The notes under the pieces: generated by a model | Seen by the model: only the letters and a program-made list of their open reading frames with translations | Told to the model about the DNA's origin: nothing | The model's database searches: none | Position numbers and translations under genes: made by a program | From: Candidatus Multivoradales bacterium | Lineage (GTDB): Bacteria; Acidobacteriota; Thermoanaerobaculia; Multivoradales; Multivoraceae | DNA: 64,000 nucleotides | Assembly: GCA_965223325.1 (NCBI GenBank) | Contig: CBDCWI010000002.1 | Span: 4,032,001-4,096,000 of the forward strand | Direction of reading: 5' to 3' | Shown: positions 19,940 through 29,812 of the stretch, in pieces | Layout: the number at the start of each line of letters is the position of its first letter | Position numbering within the stretch: position 1 is the first letter of the stretch

Positions 19940-22561
19940 ATGCTGCGACTCAGTCTTCCCGTCCGAGTTTCTCTCCTCATCCTTCTGCTGGTCGCACTGC
20001 TGGTGGGGTTCTCATCGTGGTGGCTGATAAGAACGGCCGAAGAGACGGCGCGGACCGAGGTGGCCGCCGGTCTTTCGGAAGCGCTGTCGGTCCAGTCTTC
20101 GGTGCAGCAGCGAGAGTACGAGAAGCTCGCCCTACAGGCACAGGCTCTCGCCGCCGATCCGGTGATTCAGGCGCATCTCTCCGATGTTGAAGACGAGCTC
20201 GAGTTGGCAGACCTCGACGACCAGCTCGACCACTTGCGGAGTGGCAGAGGACTCGATCTTCTGGCAGTGATCGGCCCCAACCGTCGACCGTTGGTTGAGT
20301 CCGGGGCCGGTGTCGTGCGTGGGCTGTCGGGAGCGGTCTTCGACGCTGCAGTCGAGGCGCGGCAGGCGCAGTTCGTCGTCGACGACGAGACGACCCTTCT
20401 GGCAACGGTTCTGATCCCGCTGGTGCGCGATTTCGACCTGCTCGGTTTTCTTCTCGTGGGCTCGGCTTTCGATGATGCCTACCTGCAAGAAATCACCCGA
20501 ATGACGCCGGGCGAGATCCTGATGATCGGAGGGCACAGGGGCGAGAGCGAGGTGCGGCACTCCACCCTGGAAACGCCCGTTGCTGCAGAGGTTCTGCGGA
20601 CACTTCGGACGATGGGGTCGCTCGAAGAGATGTTGGGGTCGGCGCACCGGCAGGAGCTCGAGGTCGAGGGCGAGAGCATGTCTGGAGTCAGTGCGGCGCT
20701 CTACGGCGGCGAAGGGGAGCAGGTCGGCGCCTCGTTGGCTTTGCTCTCGCTCGACGAACGCCTGGTAGCGGCCCGTCGGTTTCGCAACGCGCTCCTGGTC
20801 GCGGGGGCTTCGACGGCGCTTCTCGGTAGCCTCCTGGCGTGGCTTGTCTTGCGCGGAGCAGATCGACCCATCGAGAGAACACTTCAGCAGGCCCGGGCGC
20901 TTGCTGCGGGCGATTTCGATGCCCGTACGGGAGTAGCACGCTCTGACGCGGTGGGTGAGTTGGCTCTGACCCTCGACGGGATGGCGGCGGCGCTCGGCGA
21001 GCAGCAGGAACTCACCCAGTACGTACGTCGCGCGGCGCGCGCGTTGCCGAATCCGCGCAGAGGTCAGGTGGCCACCAGAACGCGCGAAGAATCGGTCGCG
21101 CTCGTGATGATCGATGTGCGTGGTCGCAACAGTACGTCTTTAGAGCCTCGGCCTGAAGACCTCCTCGAAGGCCATGCGCGCGATCTCAGCCGGGCGCGGG
21201 CGGCGGTGAAGACCAATGCGGGTCGCATCGAAGCGCAGATGGGCCATCGCCTGCTTGCTAGTTTTCCCTCCGGGTCGGGCTCGAAGACCGGCAGGGGAGC
21301 TCTTTTTCGGGCGTTGCGGGCCGGCGTGGTGATTCAGGAGGAGCTGGGGGAGCCGGAGCATGCGTTCGAGGACGTCGATCCACCGGCAATCGTCATCACC
21401 ACCGGTAAGGTGCAAACGGGCAGTCACTCGTTTGACGGCGAGCCTGAACGAATCGTCATTGGGGCGGGAGTTCGTCAACTCGAGGGGTTGCTGCGCGAGG
21501 CAGGTTCCGGCGATTTAATGCTTTCGGCCAATGCCTGGCAACGTCTTCTGCCGCGCGCCGAGAGTTGTGGTCTCGAGGTTCGTGCGCAACGCGGTCTGCT
21601 GACACCGCAAGAGATCTATCCGCTGTCGCTGGTCGTGGCGCGCACTCTCCTGCAACCGTTGGCGGGGGGTGGCGACGGTTCCGGAGAACCGTCATCGCGC
21701 CCCTGGCCCGAGCAGTCGGACGGTCTGGCAACCTCGGATCTCTTGCCGGAGGCCGGTGAGATTCTCGACGAACGCTTCGCTCTGCAGACTGTCGTTGGTG
21801 CCGGCAACCTGGGTCGCATCTTTCGCGCCCACGATGCGGAGCTCGATGACGTTGTCCTGGTCGAGGCTTGTGAACGCACGGCGTTCGACTCCGACGGCTT
21901 GATCAAACTCGAGAACCGGATAGAGCGGGCGCGACAAGCGCGCCACGCAAGCCTGGAGCGGGTACTGGAGTGTGGGTCGACTTCGCGAGTGGTCTACACC
22001 TGCCGTGAACACTTGGCAGGTCTCGACCTGCGTTTCCTGCTCGACCAGGCGGGCCCTTTGCCGGTGCGAGGTGCGGTGCGTGTCGCGCAGCAGCTGGCCG
22101 AAGCGCTGGCCGAGCTTCACACCGCCGATCTCCTGCATGGCAATGTCGCTTCTGAACAGGTGCGACTAAGTGCCGATGGCAATGCCTACCTCACTGGGCA
22201 CGGTCTGTTGTGGCCGCTGCGGGGGGGAAGAGCGGCAGTTTCGCTAGCCGGCGACCAGGCGCCCGAGCTTCGGTCTGGTGCGACTCCGGACGTGCGCACT
22301 GACCTGTACTGCTTGGGTGTGGTGCTCTACGAACTGTTCACAGGGAAGCCACCCTTCGGCGACGGCAAGGGGGAGGACGAAGGGGCGCCGCTGCTCGATA
22401 CGCCTCTTGGCGCCGAGGTTGTGGTGCCTCCGACGACGGTCCGCGTCGCGTTGCCCGCTGGGCTCGATCGCATTCTGCTCGCTCTTCTCGACGATGACCC
22501 GGAGCGTCGTCCTGCCCGCGCGAGCGAGGTTGCCGCCAGTCTCAGCGACTTGAAGTCGTAG
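19940..22561 (+). CDS. Membrane receptor: TM-sensor-TM-HAMP, degenerate class III nucleotide cyclase, Ser/Thr pseudokinase
   Basis: Two TMs, HAMP (LAAGDFDART..RSDAVGELA), cyclase-like VMIDVRG, kinase-like GAGNLG, APE, DLYCLGVVLYELFTGKPPF, DPERRP. Confidence 0.75.
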   Translation: MLRLSLPVRVSLLILLLVALLVGFSSWWLIRTAEETARTEVAAGLSEALSVQSSVQQREYEKLALQAQALAADPVIQAHLSDVEDELELADLDDQLDHLRSGRGLDLLAVIGPNRRPLVESGAGVVRGLSGAVFDAAVEARQAQFVVDDETTLLATVLIPLVRDFDLLGFLLVGSAFDDAYLQEITRMTPGEILMIGGHRGESEVRHSTLETPVAAEVLRTLRTMGSLEEMLGSAHRQELEVEGESMSGVSAALYGGEGEQVGASLALLSLDERLVAARRFRNALLVAGASTALLGSLLAWLVLRGADRPIERTLQQARALAAGDFDARTGVARSDAVGELALTLDGMAAALGEQQELTQYVRRAARALPNPRRGQVATRTREESVALVMIDVRGRNSTSLEPRPEDLLEGHARDLSRARAAVKTNAGRIEAQMGHRLLASFPSGSGSKTGRGALFRALRAGVVIQEELGEPEHAFEDVDPPAIVITTGKVQTGSHSFDGEPERIVIGAGVRQLEGLLREAGSGDLMLSANAWQRLLPRAESCGLEVRAQRGLLTPQEIYPLSLVVARTLLQPLAGGGDGSGEPSSRPWPEQSDGLATSDLLPEAGEILDERFALQTVVGAGNLGRIFRAHDAELDDVVLVEACERTAFDSDGLIKLENRIERARQARHASLERVLECGSTSRVVYTCREHLAGLDLRFLLDQAGPLPVRGAVRVAQQLAEALAELHTADLLHGNVASEQVRLSADGNAYLTGHGLLWPLRGGRAAVSLAGDQAPELRSGATPDVRTDLYCLGVVLYELFTGKPPFGDGKGEDEGAPLLDTPLGAEVVVPPTTVRVALPAGLDRILLALLDDDPERRPARASEVAASLSDLKS

Positions 22562-22593
22562 CCAGCGGGCGCAGCTCGCGCGACCAGAACGAA

Positions 22594-22632
22594 GACGACC
22601 CCGGAGGGGGGAGTGGGGCCTCCGGAGTCGTT
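22594..22632 (-). terminator. Hairpin between convergent genes, likely intrinsic terminator
   Basis: Arms 22594-22607 and 22619-22632; minus-strand RNA reads ACGACUCCGGAGG-CCCCACUCCCC-CCUCCGGGGUCGU-CUUCGUUCU. Confidence 0.55.
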
Positions 22633-22785
22633 TGGAGATGTCTGATGCGCGGCAGGATCGGCATTCTCGATGCAGTCGAGCTGCGTTCGTTGCCTTGCGT
22701 CTATTCCTTACTACGTTCCGTGTTGCTGGAGCGTTTGCTTCGTTCTCGCCTTAGGGTTGCAAGGGCCGGCCGATGCAGCGAGTCC

Positions 22786-23580
22786 CTATTCGGCAGGCAC
22801 CAGTTCAACCAGGAGGACGAGGGCGCCCAACGCTCCCGAGGTGGTTTGCGTCGTGGCTTTCCCGAGCACCGCGATCTGGCCTTCGCGCAGCTCAACGCTG
22901 GTCTCGAAGGAGGCCTTGGTGAAGTTCTCGGTGCGTGAGCGCAAGGCAAAGGAGACGCCGCTCAGGAAGATGCGACGCTCACTCTCGCCCTCGTCCGGAT
23001 CTTCGACTTTGACCTGTCGGATGTGGAAACCGTACGGGTCTCCGCCGACAATGGTGCCTTCGGCGCTGACCATGCGGCCGCCACTGACCCGGGTGAGGAT
23101 GACGTCCTCGGTCTCATATCCACGGTAGGGGAAGACTCCGCGTAGGCGGTTGACGACGCCCTCGAGGCGTTCGGCGACCTCGATCTCTCCGTCTGGGCTG
23201 GCACGCAGGATGGTGACGATGAGCTCGTAGGACAGATCGCTCTGGGTCGGTGCATCGAGGGCCTCGAGCACCTTGATCGCCGCGTCGACCTGGTCTTCGG
23301 CTCCGCTGAGGATCAATGAGTTGCTTTCGGCGTCTTCGCTGGCGCGAAGGTGGAAGATCGAGATGTGCGGGATCATCTCGCCCGCCATGCGGTAGCGAAG
23401 ACGTTTGATGACGGTGAAGGGCCGCGGTTCCTTGTCGACCCCCTCTTGTTGTGGACTGCTGTGCGTGGCCGCAACGGGAGCACCCCCGAGAACCAAGAGG
23501 AGAGCGAAAAGCGTTGCGCCAGCGGCATCCGTGAGTCGCATTGTTCTGTCGATGAGGGTCTTTCGGAGTGTGAAGGGCAT
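22786..23580 (-). CDS. Exported hypothetical protein with secretin-N-like segment
   Basis: Signal peptide; DAESNSLILSGAEDQVDAAIKVLEALDAP resembles Secretin_N repeat; start uncertain (23637 alternative). Confidence 0.6.
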   Translation of the reverse strand: MPFTLRKTLIDRTMRLTDAAGATLFALLLVLGGAPVAATHSSPQQEGVDKEPRPFTVIKRLRYRMAGEMIPHISIFHLRASEDAESNSLILSGAEDQVDAAIKVLEALDAPTQSDLSYELIVTILRASPDGEIEVAERLEGVVNRLRGVFPYRGYETEDVILTRVSGGRMVSAEGTIVGGDPYGFHIRQVKVEDPDEGESERRIFLSGVSFALRSRTENFTKASFETSVELREGQIAVLGKATTQTTSGALGALVLLVELVPAE

Positions 23581-23646
23581 AGATCTTTCTCTTTCGTGGG
23601 TGGTTCTGATGGTTTCTGCAGGGTTTTGACTCGGCAATTGACGCGT

Positions 23647-24381
23647 TCAGTCGCTGGCAACATCGTCGATGAGCCAGTGGATGATCAGTTCCGGCTCTTC
23701 CGCCTTTCCGCTGTCGGTCCACACGACAACTGCGCCGGATGGTGGCCCCGGTAAGTGCGGTTCGCCGCGGGTCCGGTTCGCCGGGATTGGTAGGTCAAAA
23801 GGAGGTTCAGCGGCCGCAGCTCCCGACGGGCCAGCCACCACGACGGGGGATGGTGGTTCGGGCGGCGTGGTCGCGGGCGAAGGTTCCGTGTGCACCGTTT
23901 CGGGGGGCTGTGCCTCGTCGCCATTCGTGGCCGGTAGCGCCGGCGGAGTTGCAGCCGTTGCAAGGCGCTCCTCGGCTCCGTTGACTGGAGCGTTTTCGCC
24001 GACAGTGGGCGGCGAGACGATGCGCCACGCCATCCAGGAAGCAGCAAGAAGAGTGGCTAACGCGGCGGCGATCAGCCAGGTCCTGGCGTAGCGCGGTGGG
24101 TCGTGCGTTGCCGGGACTTCAGTCTGTTCTCCGAAAGCTTCTCCCAAGACGCCCTCGCGCACTTCCGCCAGATCTCGCGCCAGCACCTCGGCCGACTGTG
24201 GGCACGCCGGAAGTGCGGCCAGACTCTTTCGGTCTGCCAACAGTCGGTCGTAGAAATGGCGGTTGCCTTCGGTGGCGGCCAGCGTCTGGCCGGCGATCTT
24301 GCGCTCTTCGAGTTCGAGGTCGCCTCCGGCCAGGCCGGCGAGCAGCTCTTCGCCGCTCTTGGGGGCACGTTCACTGCTCAT
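23647..24381 (-). CDS. Putative membrane anti-sigma factor
   Basis: Overlaps ECF sigma stop, single TM (WLIAAALATLLAASWMAW), Pro-rich linker. Confidence 0.6.
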   Translation of the reverse strand: MSSERAPKSGEELLAGLAGGDLELEERKIAGQTLAATEGNRHFYDRLLADRKSLAALPACPQSAEVLARDLAEVREGVLGEAFGEQTEVPATHDPPRYARTWLIAAALATLLAASWMAWRIVSPPTVGENAPVNGAEERLATAATPPALPATNGDEAQPPETVHTEPSPATTPPEPPSPVVVAGPSGAAAAEPPFDLPIPANRTRGEPHLPGPPSGAVVVWTDSGKAEEPELIIHWLIDDVASD

Positions 24382-24989
24382 CTCGACATTCCTTCCATCA
24401 GTTGGCGAAGGCGTATGCGTGCGCGTGAAACGTGGCTGCGCACCGTGCCGATCCCGGTTCCCATCGCGTCGGCCACTTCCTGAGTGGAGAGGCCCAGGAC
24501 GTCGCGCAACACCAGCGCCTCGCGTTCACGTTCAGAGAGCGCAGCCAGGGCGCGGCGAAGAAGCGCGACCTGTTCGCCGCCTTCGACCTCGCGAGCGGGG
24601 CCAGGTGCCTCCGAGGGCATCCGACGCAAATGCTCCTCGGAGTCGTCGACGGGCTGCAGGCCGCCGATCCTCGTGCGTCGGCGATGGTCATCGTGGCAGC
24701 AGTTCGCCACGATGCGCGCGAGGTAGGGCCACACCGGGCGGCTTGGGTCGACGCGGTCGATGCTGCGGTAGAAGCGGATCCAGGCGTCCTGCGCCGCGTC
24801 GCGGGCGCGATCCGGACACCCGATGAGCCGCTGGGCCAGTCTCAGGACCCGTACCTCGTGCTGGCGGACGAGGAGCTCGAACGCTTCTCGTTCGCCAGAC
24901 TGCGCGCGTTCCAAGAGGGTGGCTGGCCCGGCTGCGGCTGGTTCAAGAAGGTGACGTTCGGCCTGCAAACTGAGGAGGCTCCGGTGCAT
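24378..24989 (-). CDS. ECF RNA polymerase sigma factor
   Basis: AFELLVRQH, DAAQDAW, LSEREREALVL, TVRSHVSRAR. Confidence 0.9.
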   Translation of the reverse strand: MHRSLLSLQAERHLLEPAAAGPATLLERAQSGEREAFELLVRQHEVRVLRLAQRLIGCPDRARDAAQDAWIRFYRSIDRVDPSRPVWPYLARIVANCCHDDHRRRTRIGGLQPVDDSEEHLRRMPSEAPGPAREVEGGEQVALLRRALAALSEREREALVLRDVLGLSTQEVADAMGTGIGTVRSHVSRARIRLRQLMEGMSR

Positions 24990-25103
24990 AGAGATCCTGG
25001 TGTTGGGAACGGGCCTCTCACGCGCTGGGTGATCGGCCTTCTCTATGTCCTACTCCCTCTAGCACCCAAGCGTTGAGAAGGTCGCTCGAGTTTCTGGCTG
25101 CCG

Positions 25104-27623
25104 TCAGGTCTCGGAGGGCAAGCCGCCGTCGACCGGCTCATAGACCTGCTCCGCCGGTTCGCCGGCGGGGTCGTCGGTTCGCTCAGCGAACGCCTCTCTA
25201 CCGTGGAAGAAACGCTCGGCGACCTCTGATGGTCGGGCGCGAATTCCGGTGGCGCTCTCTTGGCCGGCGTACCAATCGGGCGGCAGGTGGTCTCGGTAGG
25301 GCTCGTTGGCGAAGCGCTGGCCGATCAACGCGATGACGCCGGTGTCCTTGTCTGAGCGAATCAGACGACCGGCGGCCTGGATGACCCGCGTCATCCCGGG
25401 AATCACGAAGGCGTACTCGAAACCGCGTCCGAAGCGATCTTCGTAGTAGTTCTCGAGCAGTTTCTGCTCGAGCGACAGACCAGGTAGGCACGGTGAGACC
25501 ACAGTGACTGCCTTGAGCATCTCGCCGGGGTAGTCGACGCCCTCAGCGAAGACCCCGCCGGCGACCGCCAGCAGGAGGACGTCGCCGAGCACGGCGCCGC
25601 GCAGGGTCTGCAGGATCTCCTGGCGCTGCCTTTCGCCGTCGCCGCGCGCTTGAACGAGCACTCTTTTCTGGAGATTGGGAAGCCGGCTGTTGACCTCGGC
25701 GAGAAACTTATAGCTCGGGAAGAGAGCCAGGCAGTTGCCCGGGACGATGTCGACGAACTCGGCGAGGCGTTCGGCGATTGGCCCGAAGTTGCGTTCACGC
25801 TGTTTGTAGGTCGTATTGACGGCGTCGTCGATCACCACCACGCGGTGGTCGGACGGGAAGGGCGACGGGACCCGCACTTCGGAGGTGCGCGCCGCCTTGA
25901 ACCCCAGCAGGTCACGGAAGAACTCGTGCGGCGAGAGTGTCGCCGAGAGCGCGATAACGCTGTGGCATCGATTGATCGTTTTGCCGAGGAACTTGCTGGC
26001 GTCTTTGCACAGGAGGTGAATCGAGACGCCTCGAGCATCGCGTGAGGCGCAATGGGAGAAGGCGCTGGTGTTGGCGACCTGGAGAGTGTTCAGGAAGCGC
26101 AACAGGTCGAAGTAGAGGTCGACGAACGGGTCTTCGGCGCGAAAGCTCCTGGTTTCGCGGCGATACTCGAGGTAGTCGATGAAGGCGCGGTCGTACTCGG
26201 CGCGCAGTTCGATGAGTTCATCGTCGGGCAGTCGGGTTTCGACGCTCGCGTCGGACTCGCCCGGTGGCAGCGCCAGCTCGGCGGTGTCTTCGATCAGGCG
26301 TGCCAACTCGTGTGCCAGCGCCCGGATGCGATGCTCGATCTCGGCGCCCACCGGGTCTGGAGCTCCGGCGAGCGCACCGAAGTTGCGCGCTATGTCCTGG
26401 CAGCGCGCTGCAGCCAACGTTGGGCTGTAGTAGCCGCGCCCGCGGTCGACCAGATTGTGGGCCTCGTCGATCACCAGGATGGTGTCGGAGAGGTCGTTCT
26501 CCTGGCCGAAGTCGGTGAGGGCAACCCAGGGATCGAAGGCGTAGTTGTAGTCACACACCACCGCCTGCACGCGGCGACTGAGTTCGAGCGAGACTTCGAA
26601 AGGGCACACCTCCGAGGTGCGTGCGTCGGCGTAGATGGCGTCGGGTTCGAGGTTGGCATGTTTGGCGAGTAACTTGCCGACGACGTCGGTGCGTTGCAGC
26701 TTCGACCAGTAGTCCTTGGCCCAGCGGCAATACTCCTCGTGGCAGATCACTTCGTCGTTGGCGCACATCTTGGCCTTGGCGCGCAGGCGGAGGGAGCGAA
26801 AGGCATCGTCGCGGTTGAGCAGGTCGAGGACCTTGGTGGCCATGTCTTGTTGCAGCGTCTTGGCGGTGAGAACGAAGACGCGCTTGTCGTGGGCGAGCGC
26901 GTAGCGCAGCACCGGAAAGAGACTCGCTACCGTCTTACCGATTCCCGTCGGCGCTTCGACGAGGAGATGCTCGCGGCCTCCGAGAGCCAGCGCGGTGCGC
27001 TCGACGATCTCGTCTTGACCCTGGCGCTGTTTGTAGAACGGGAACTCGAGCCTTGAAGCGGCCTCACGTCGTTCAGCTCGGCCCGTGCGGTCGGCCTCGA
27101 AGTCGTGAATCAGAGTGTTGAGGCGGCGCTTGGCCACCGCGCGCATGCGTGAAGGGTCGAGGTCGATCTCCTGCCGGTCGACCGTCGTCGAGCCGATCTC
27201 GATCAGCACCAGTTCGGCGCGCACCGAACAGTCCTGCTGCTCACCCAGGAGCCAGGCATAGATCAAGGCCTGCCGGCGATAGGTGTCGAGAACTGCCGGG
27301 GCCAGCGTTTGGCCAGCACGCACCGACTTGATCTCCTCGACCACCAGCTGCTCACCGTCGCGCCGTAGGCCGTCGAGCCGACCGTGGAGGAGGATCTGCC
27401 AACCGCGATGGGTGAACTCGTGCTTGAGCGTCACCTCTGCCTGGTACGTCGGGTCGTCCTCGATCGCCTGCTGCTGATACTCGCTGTGGATCGCCTGCCC
27501 GAGCCACAGGCGCTCATAGCCACCGCGATTGGCGAAGCCGAGACTACGTCCCAGCTCGTGCTCGAGCAGGTCGTGCACCGAGAGCCGTAGGGTGCGGGTT
27601 TCGTCATCGAAGCGGGGAGGCAT
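25104..27623 (-). CDS. XPD/DinG-family Fe-S DNA helicase with N-terminal PD-(D/E)XK nuclease domain
   Basis: GRLDGL..VEEIKS; APTGIGKT; Cys cluster MCANDEVICHEEYC..VCPFE; DEAHNL; SAT; QAAGRLIR. Confidence 0.88.
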   Translation of the reverse strand: MPPRFDDETRTLRLSVHDLLEHELGRSLGFANRGGYERLWLGQAIHSEYQQQAIEDDPTYQAEVTLKHEFTHRGWQILLHGRLDGLRRDGEQLVVEEIKSVRAGQTLAPAVLDTYRRQALIYAWLLGEQQDCSVRAELVLIEIGSTTVDRQEIDLDPSRMRAVAKRRLNTLIHDFEADRTGRAERREAASRLEFPFYKQRQGQDEIVERTALALGGREHLLVEAPTGIGKTVASLFPVLRYALAHDKRVFVLTAKTLQQDMATKVLDLLNRDDAFRSLRLRAKAKMCANDEVICHEEYCRWAKDYWSKLQRTDVVGKLLAKHANLEPDAIYADARTSEVCPFEVSLELSRRVQAVVCDYNYAFDPWVALTDFGQENDLSDTILVIDEAHNLVDRGRGYYSPTLAAARCQDIARNFGALAGAPDPVGAEIEHRIRALAHELARLIEDTAELALPPGESDASVETRLPDDELIELRAEYDRAFIDYLEYRRETRSFRAEDPFVDLYFDLLRFLNTLQVANTSAFSHCASRDARGVSIHLLCKDASKFLGKTINRCHSVIALSATLSPHEFFRDLLGFKAARTSEVRVPSPFPSDHRVVVIDDAVNTTYKQRERNFGPIAERLAEFVDIVPGNCLALFPSYKFLAEVNSRLPNLQKRVLVQARGDGERQRQEILQTLRGAVLGDVLLLAVAGGVFAEGVDYPGEMLKAVTVVSPCLPGLSLEQKLLENYYEDRFGRGFEYAFVIPGMTRVIQAAGRLIRSDKDTGVIALIGQRFANEPYRDHLPPDWYAGQESATGIRARPSEVAERFFHGREAFAERTDDPAGEPAEQVYEPVDGGLPSET

Positions 27624-27778
27624 GGTCCCCGGATCCTACGTTGCTCGTGGCGTACGAACAGAGAGCCGGTTCGACCTCGATTCGACGGTCCTGAAGGTCC
27701 GACGCTGGCCCTGAGACTCTGCGAGCAGCTACTGAGGCACGATCTGCTTCGATGCCACGGGCCGTCTCGATGGTCGTC

Positions 27779-29755
27779 CTAGACGACCCGGTCGTTGCCA
27801 CCGTCGACAGGGATCTGGGCGCCGGTGGTCTTGGCAAACAGTGGGCCGGCGAGCGCACAGACGAGGGCCGCAACGTCTCTGGAGGTGACTTCGACCTGGA
27901 GAAGGTTCTTGCGCTTGTACTGCTCGACGGTCATTCCGTAGTGCTCGGCGCGTTCCTCGAGGACCTCGTTCGTCCACACCCCGGTGTCGAAAACGGCGTC
28001 GGGGTGAACCTGGTTGACCCGAACTCCCGAGCCGGCGAGTTCGAGGGCTGCGATTCTGGCGAGCTGAGTAACGCCTGCCTTGGCGACGGAGTAGGCCGCC
28101 GCTCCGGGACCGGGCGCAGTGACGTTCTTCGATGCGACGACGATGATCGTCGGGTCGATTCCCTCCCGTAGGAAGGGGATCGCCAACCGCATGAGATTCT
28201 GTTGACTGGTGAGGTTGAGGTCGAGGCTCCTTTGCCAGTCGTCTTCCGCGATCTGGTCGATGGTTCCGCTGCGCGGGAAGGCGCCGGCGTTGAGAACCAG
28301 GATGTCGAGGCCCCCGTAGCGCTCGACGGTTGCTCGCACGGAATTCTCGAGTTGGCCTTGGTCGGTGACGTCTGCCTCGATCGCCAACACCTGGCCACTC
28401 TCGGTGTGCTCACTCCAGAGGCCGCTGACATCTGAGCTGATGTCGATCGCAGCGACGACCGCGCCTTGCTCGATCAACGCCTCGGTAGTCGCTCGCCCAA
28501 TACCGCTGGCCGCCCCGGTGACCAGGGCGATCTTGCCGGTGAGCTCGGGCGGCTCGCCGGCCTTCTCGAGCTTCGCCTGCTCGAGTTCCCAATACTCGAC
28601 CTCGAAGATGTCCTTCTCGGGTAGCGCCTGCCAGCCCCCCAGCGCCTCGCCGCGACGCACTGCGCGCAGAGTGTGGCGTTTGATGTCGGTGATGATTCCG
28701 GTATCGCGGACCGTGCGACCGAAGGCGAGCGTGCCGTGGCCAGGCCAGACTGCCCAGCGCGGTGCGCGATCGAGTTGGCGGAGAGAACCGTCGTTGTGTT
28801 CATTGAAGTAGCGATCCTGCTCCTCGGCGAAGGTGCGAAGGCCGGCTTCTGTGTCTTTGAGGATCGCCGCGATGCGCTTGGTGCGAATGACGTGATCGGG
28901 CGTCAGCGGGCCGCGCGTTGCGAGATCTCCTGCGTTCTCGAGGTTCGAGAAACCTACTGACGCCTCGGAGCGGTCGGTTTCAACCAGCATCGCCCGGCCG
29001 GCCATCGCCGAGACCTGTCTTCGGATGCCGGCAAGTGCGTTGAGATCGGGCAGGGCAGTTTCACTCCTGCCGACTGCGAGGCTGGCGCGTTTCTCGAGCA
29101 CCCCTTCGGCGCGCGTCGCGATCTCGATCATCGCCTCGTACGACTCCCTCGCGTCGTCGCTCCAGGTAAAGACGCCGTGCGACATCAAGATCATTCCCTC
29201 GACCTCGGACCAGTGGCTCTCGTGGGTCATTTCCCAGATCGTCTTGGCGAGAATGAACCCCGGCATGACGTAGGGCACGATCATCATCCGAGGGCCGTAG
29301 AGCTCGCGCACCAGCTCTTCGCCGCCGGGAGTGTTGGTCAGAGTGACGACCGCGTCGGCGTGCGTGTGATCGACGTAGCGAAAAGGAATGATCGCGTGCA
29401 GGATCGCCTCGACCGAGGGGTTGGGTGCCCCCGGGTCGATCATTGCGGCGCGCTGGTTCTTGACCATGTCGCGATCGCTCAGCCTGTCGAGCTCGGCCAT
29501 GCGACAGAGCACGTCGAGTCTCACCGGTGCGAAGCCCGGTGCTTCGATCGTCGCCAGATCCCAGCCACTGCCCTTGACGTAGAGCAGCTCGACGGGCTCG
29601 CCGAAGAGGTCCTCCGCTGTTGCTTTGACTGAGGTGTTGCCGCCACCGTGCAGCACCAGATCGGGGTTGCTGCCGAGCAGGCGCGACGTGTAGACGCGCA
29701 TCGCGAGCAAATCGGATTCGGGCGGCGCGTTCGTCGAGTTGTACAGGCTTTTCAT
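27779..29755 (-). CDS. Bifunctional class II aldolase / short-chain dehydrogenase (RhaEW/YuxG-like)
   Basis: LHGGGNTSVK, PSVE, HTHAD, SHG; SDR TGAASGIG, NAG, YSVAK. Confidence 0.88.
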   Translation of the reverse strand: MKSLYNSTNAPPESDLLAMRVYTSRLLGSNPDLVLHGGGNTSVKATAEDLFGEPVELLYVKGSGWDLATIEAPGFAPVRLDVLCRMAELDRLSDRDMVKNQRAAMIDPGAPNPSVEAILHAIIPFRYVDHTHADAVVTLTNTPGGEELVRELYGPRMMIVPYVMPGFILAKTIWEMTHESHWSEVEGMILMSHGVFTWSDDARESYEAMIEIATRAEGVLEKRASLAVGRSETALPDLNALAGIRRQVSAMAGRAMLVETDRSEASVGFSNLENAGDLATRGPLTPDHVIRTKRIAAILKDTEAGLRTFAEEQDRYFNEHNDGSLRQLDRAPRWAVWPGHGTLAFGRTVRDTGIITDIKRHTLRAVRRGEALGGWQALPEKDIFEVEYWELEQAKLEKAGEPPELTGKIALVTGAASGIGRATTEALIEQGAVVAAIDISSDVSGLWSEHTESGQVLAIEADVTDQGQLENSVRATVERYGGLDILVLNAGAFPRSGTIDQIAEDDWQRSLDLNLTSQQNLMRLAIPFLREGIDPTIIVVASKNVTAPGPGAAAYSVAKAGVTQLARIAALELAGSGVRVNQVHPDAVFDTGVWTNEVLEERAEHYGMTVEQYKRKNLLQVEVTSRDVAALVCALAGPLFAKTTGAQIPVDGGNDRVV

Positions 29756-29812
29756 TGCCCGGCAGTGTATTCAACCCGGCGGCCCGCCCACCGGCAGGCA
29801 TAGGATGGCTCC

